NCBI GenBank assembly: GCA_964035545.1
Contig: OZ037765.1
Location: 25,605,504 to 25,669,503 of the forward strand
Direction of reading: 5' to 3'
DNA length: 64,000 bases
From: Bugula neritina
Lineage: Eukaryota; Animalia; Bryozoa
Below, in pieces: positions 63,792 through 64,000 of this stretch; within the stretch, counting starts at the first letter, position 1, and each line of letters begins with the position of its first letter. The notes under the pieces were generated by a model that saw only the letters and a program-made list of their open reading frames with translations, was not told the origin of the DNA and did no database searches. The position numbers and the translations under genes are program-made.

Positions 63792-64000
63792 TGTAGAGTA
63801 TGTAGTGTATACTGTAGAGTATGTAGTGTATACTGTAGAGTATGTAGTGTATACTGTGGAGTATGTAGTGTATACTGTAGAGTATGTACTGTATACTGTA
63901 GAGTATGTACTGCATACTGTAGAGTATGTAGTGTATACTGTAGAGTATGTAGTGTATACTGTAGAGTATGTAGTGTATACTGTAGAGTATGTAGTGTATA
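63792..64000. repeat. 21-bp minisatellite (TGTAGAGTATGTAGTGTATAC)n, about 10 copies, runs off the window
   Basis: Near-perfect tandem units with a few substitutions. Confidence 0.97.

Noticed and set aside
63792-64000. CRISPR-like array
   Set aside because: Eukaryotic intron with head-to-tail repeats, no unique spacers and no cas genes.

Overview
AT-rich, intron-containing eukaryotic DNA from an invertebrate animal; a lophotrochozoan such as a bryozoan is plausible but cannot be established here. By hand-splicing GT/GC-AG exons I reconstructed eleven genes: the 3' part of TUBGCP5 (+), cytochrome b5 (+), a small PPxY single-pass membrane protein (-), an NDRG-like protein (+, with a GC-AG intron), LRRC69 (+), CUEDC1 (-), fructose-1,6-bisphosphatase (-), an uncharacterised protein with five xxRL repeats (+), coilin (-), RPUSD2 (+) and the 5' part of rhotekin (+, two alternative first exons). 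Gene names rest on remembered family motifs, not on a database search. Most ORFs in the supplied track are exon fragments or spurious. The strongest unexplained signal is a strand-symmetric 6-bp lattice, (TNA-NNN)n with variable spacers. It lies just downstream of the inferred promoter of eight genes and extends into rhotekin coding sequence. A second highlight is a 57-bp inverted-repeat element in a coilin intron that appears to carry a captured exon-intron-exon fragment of another gene.
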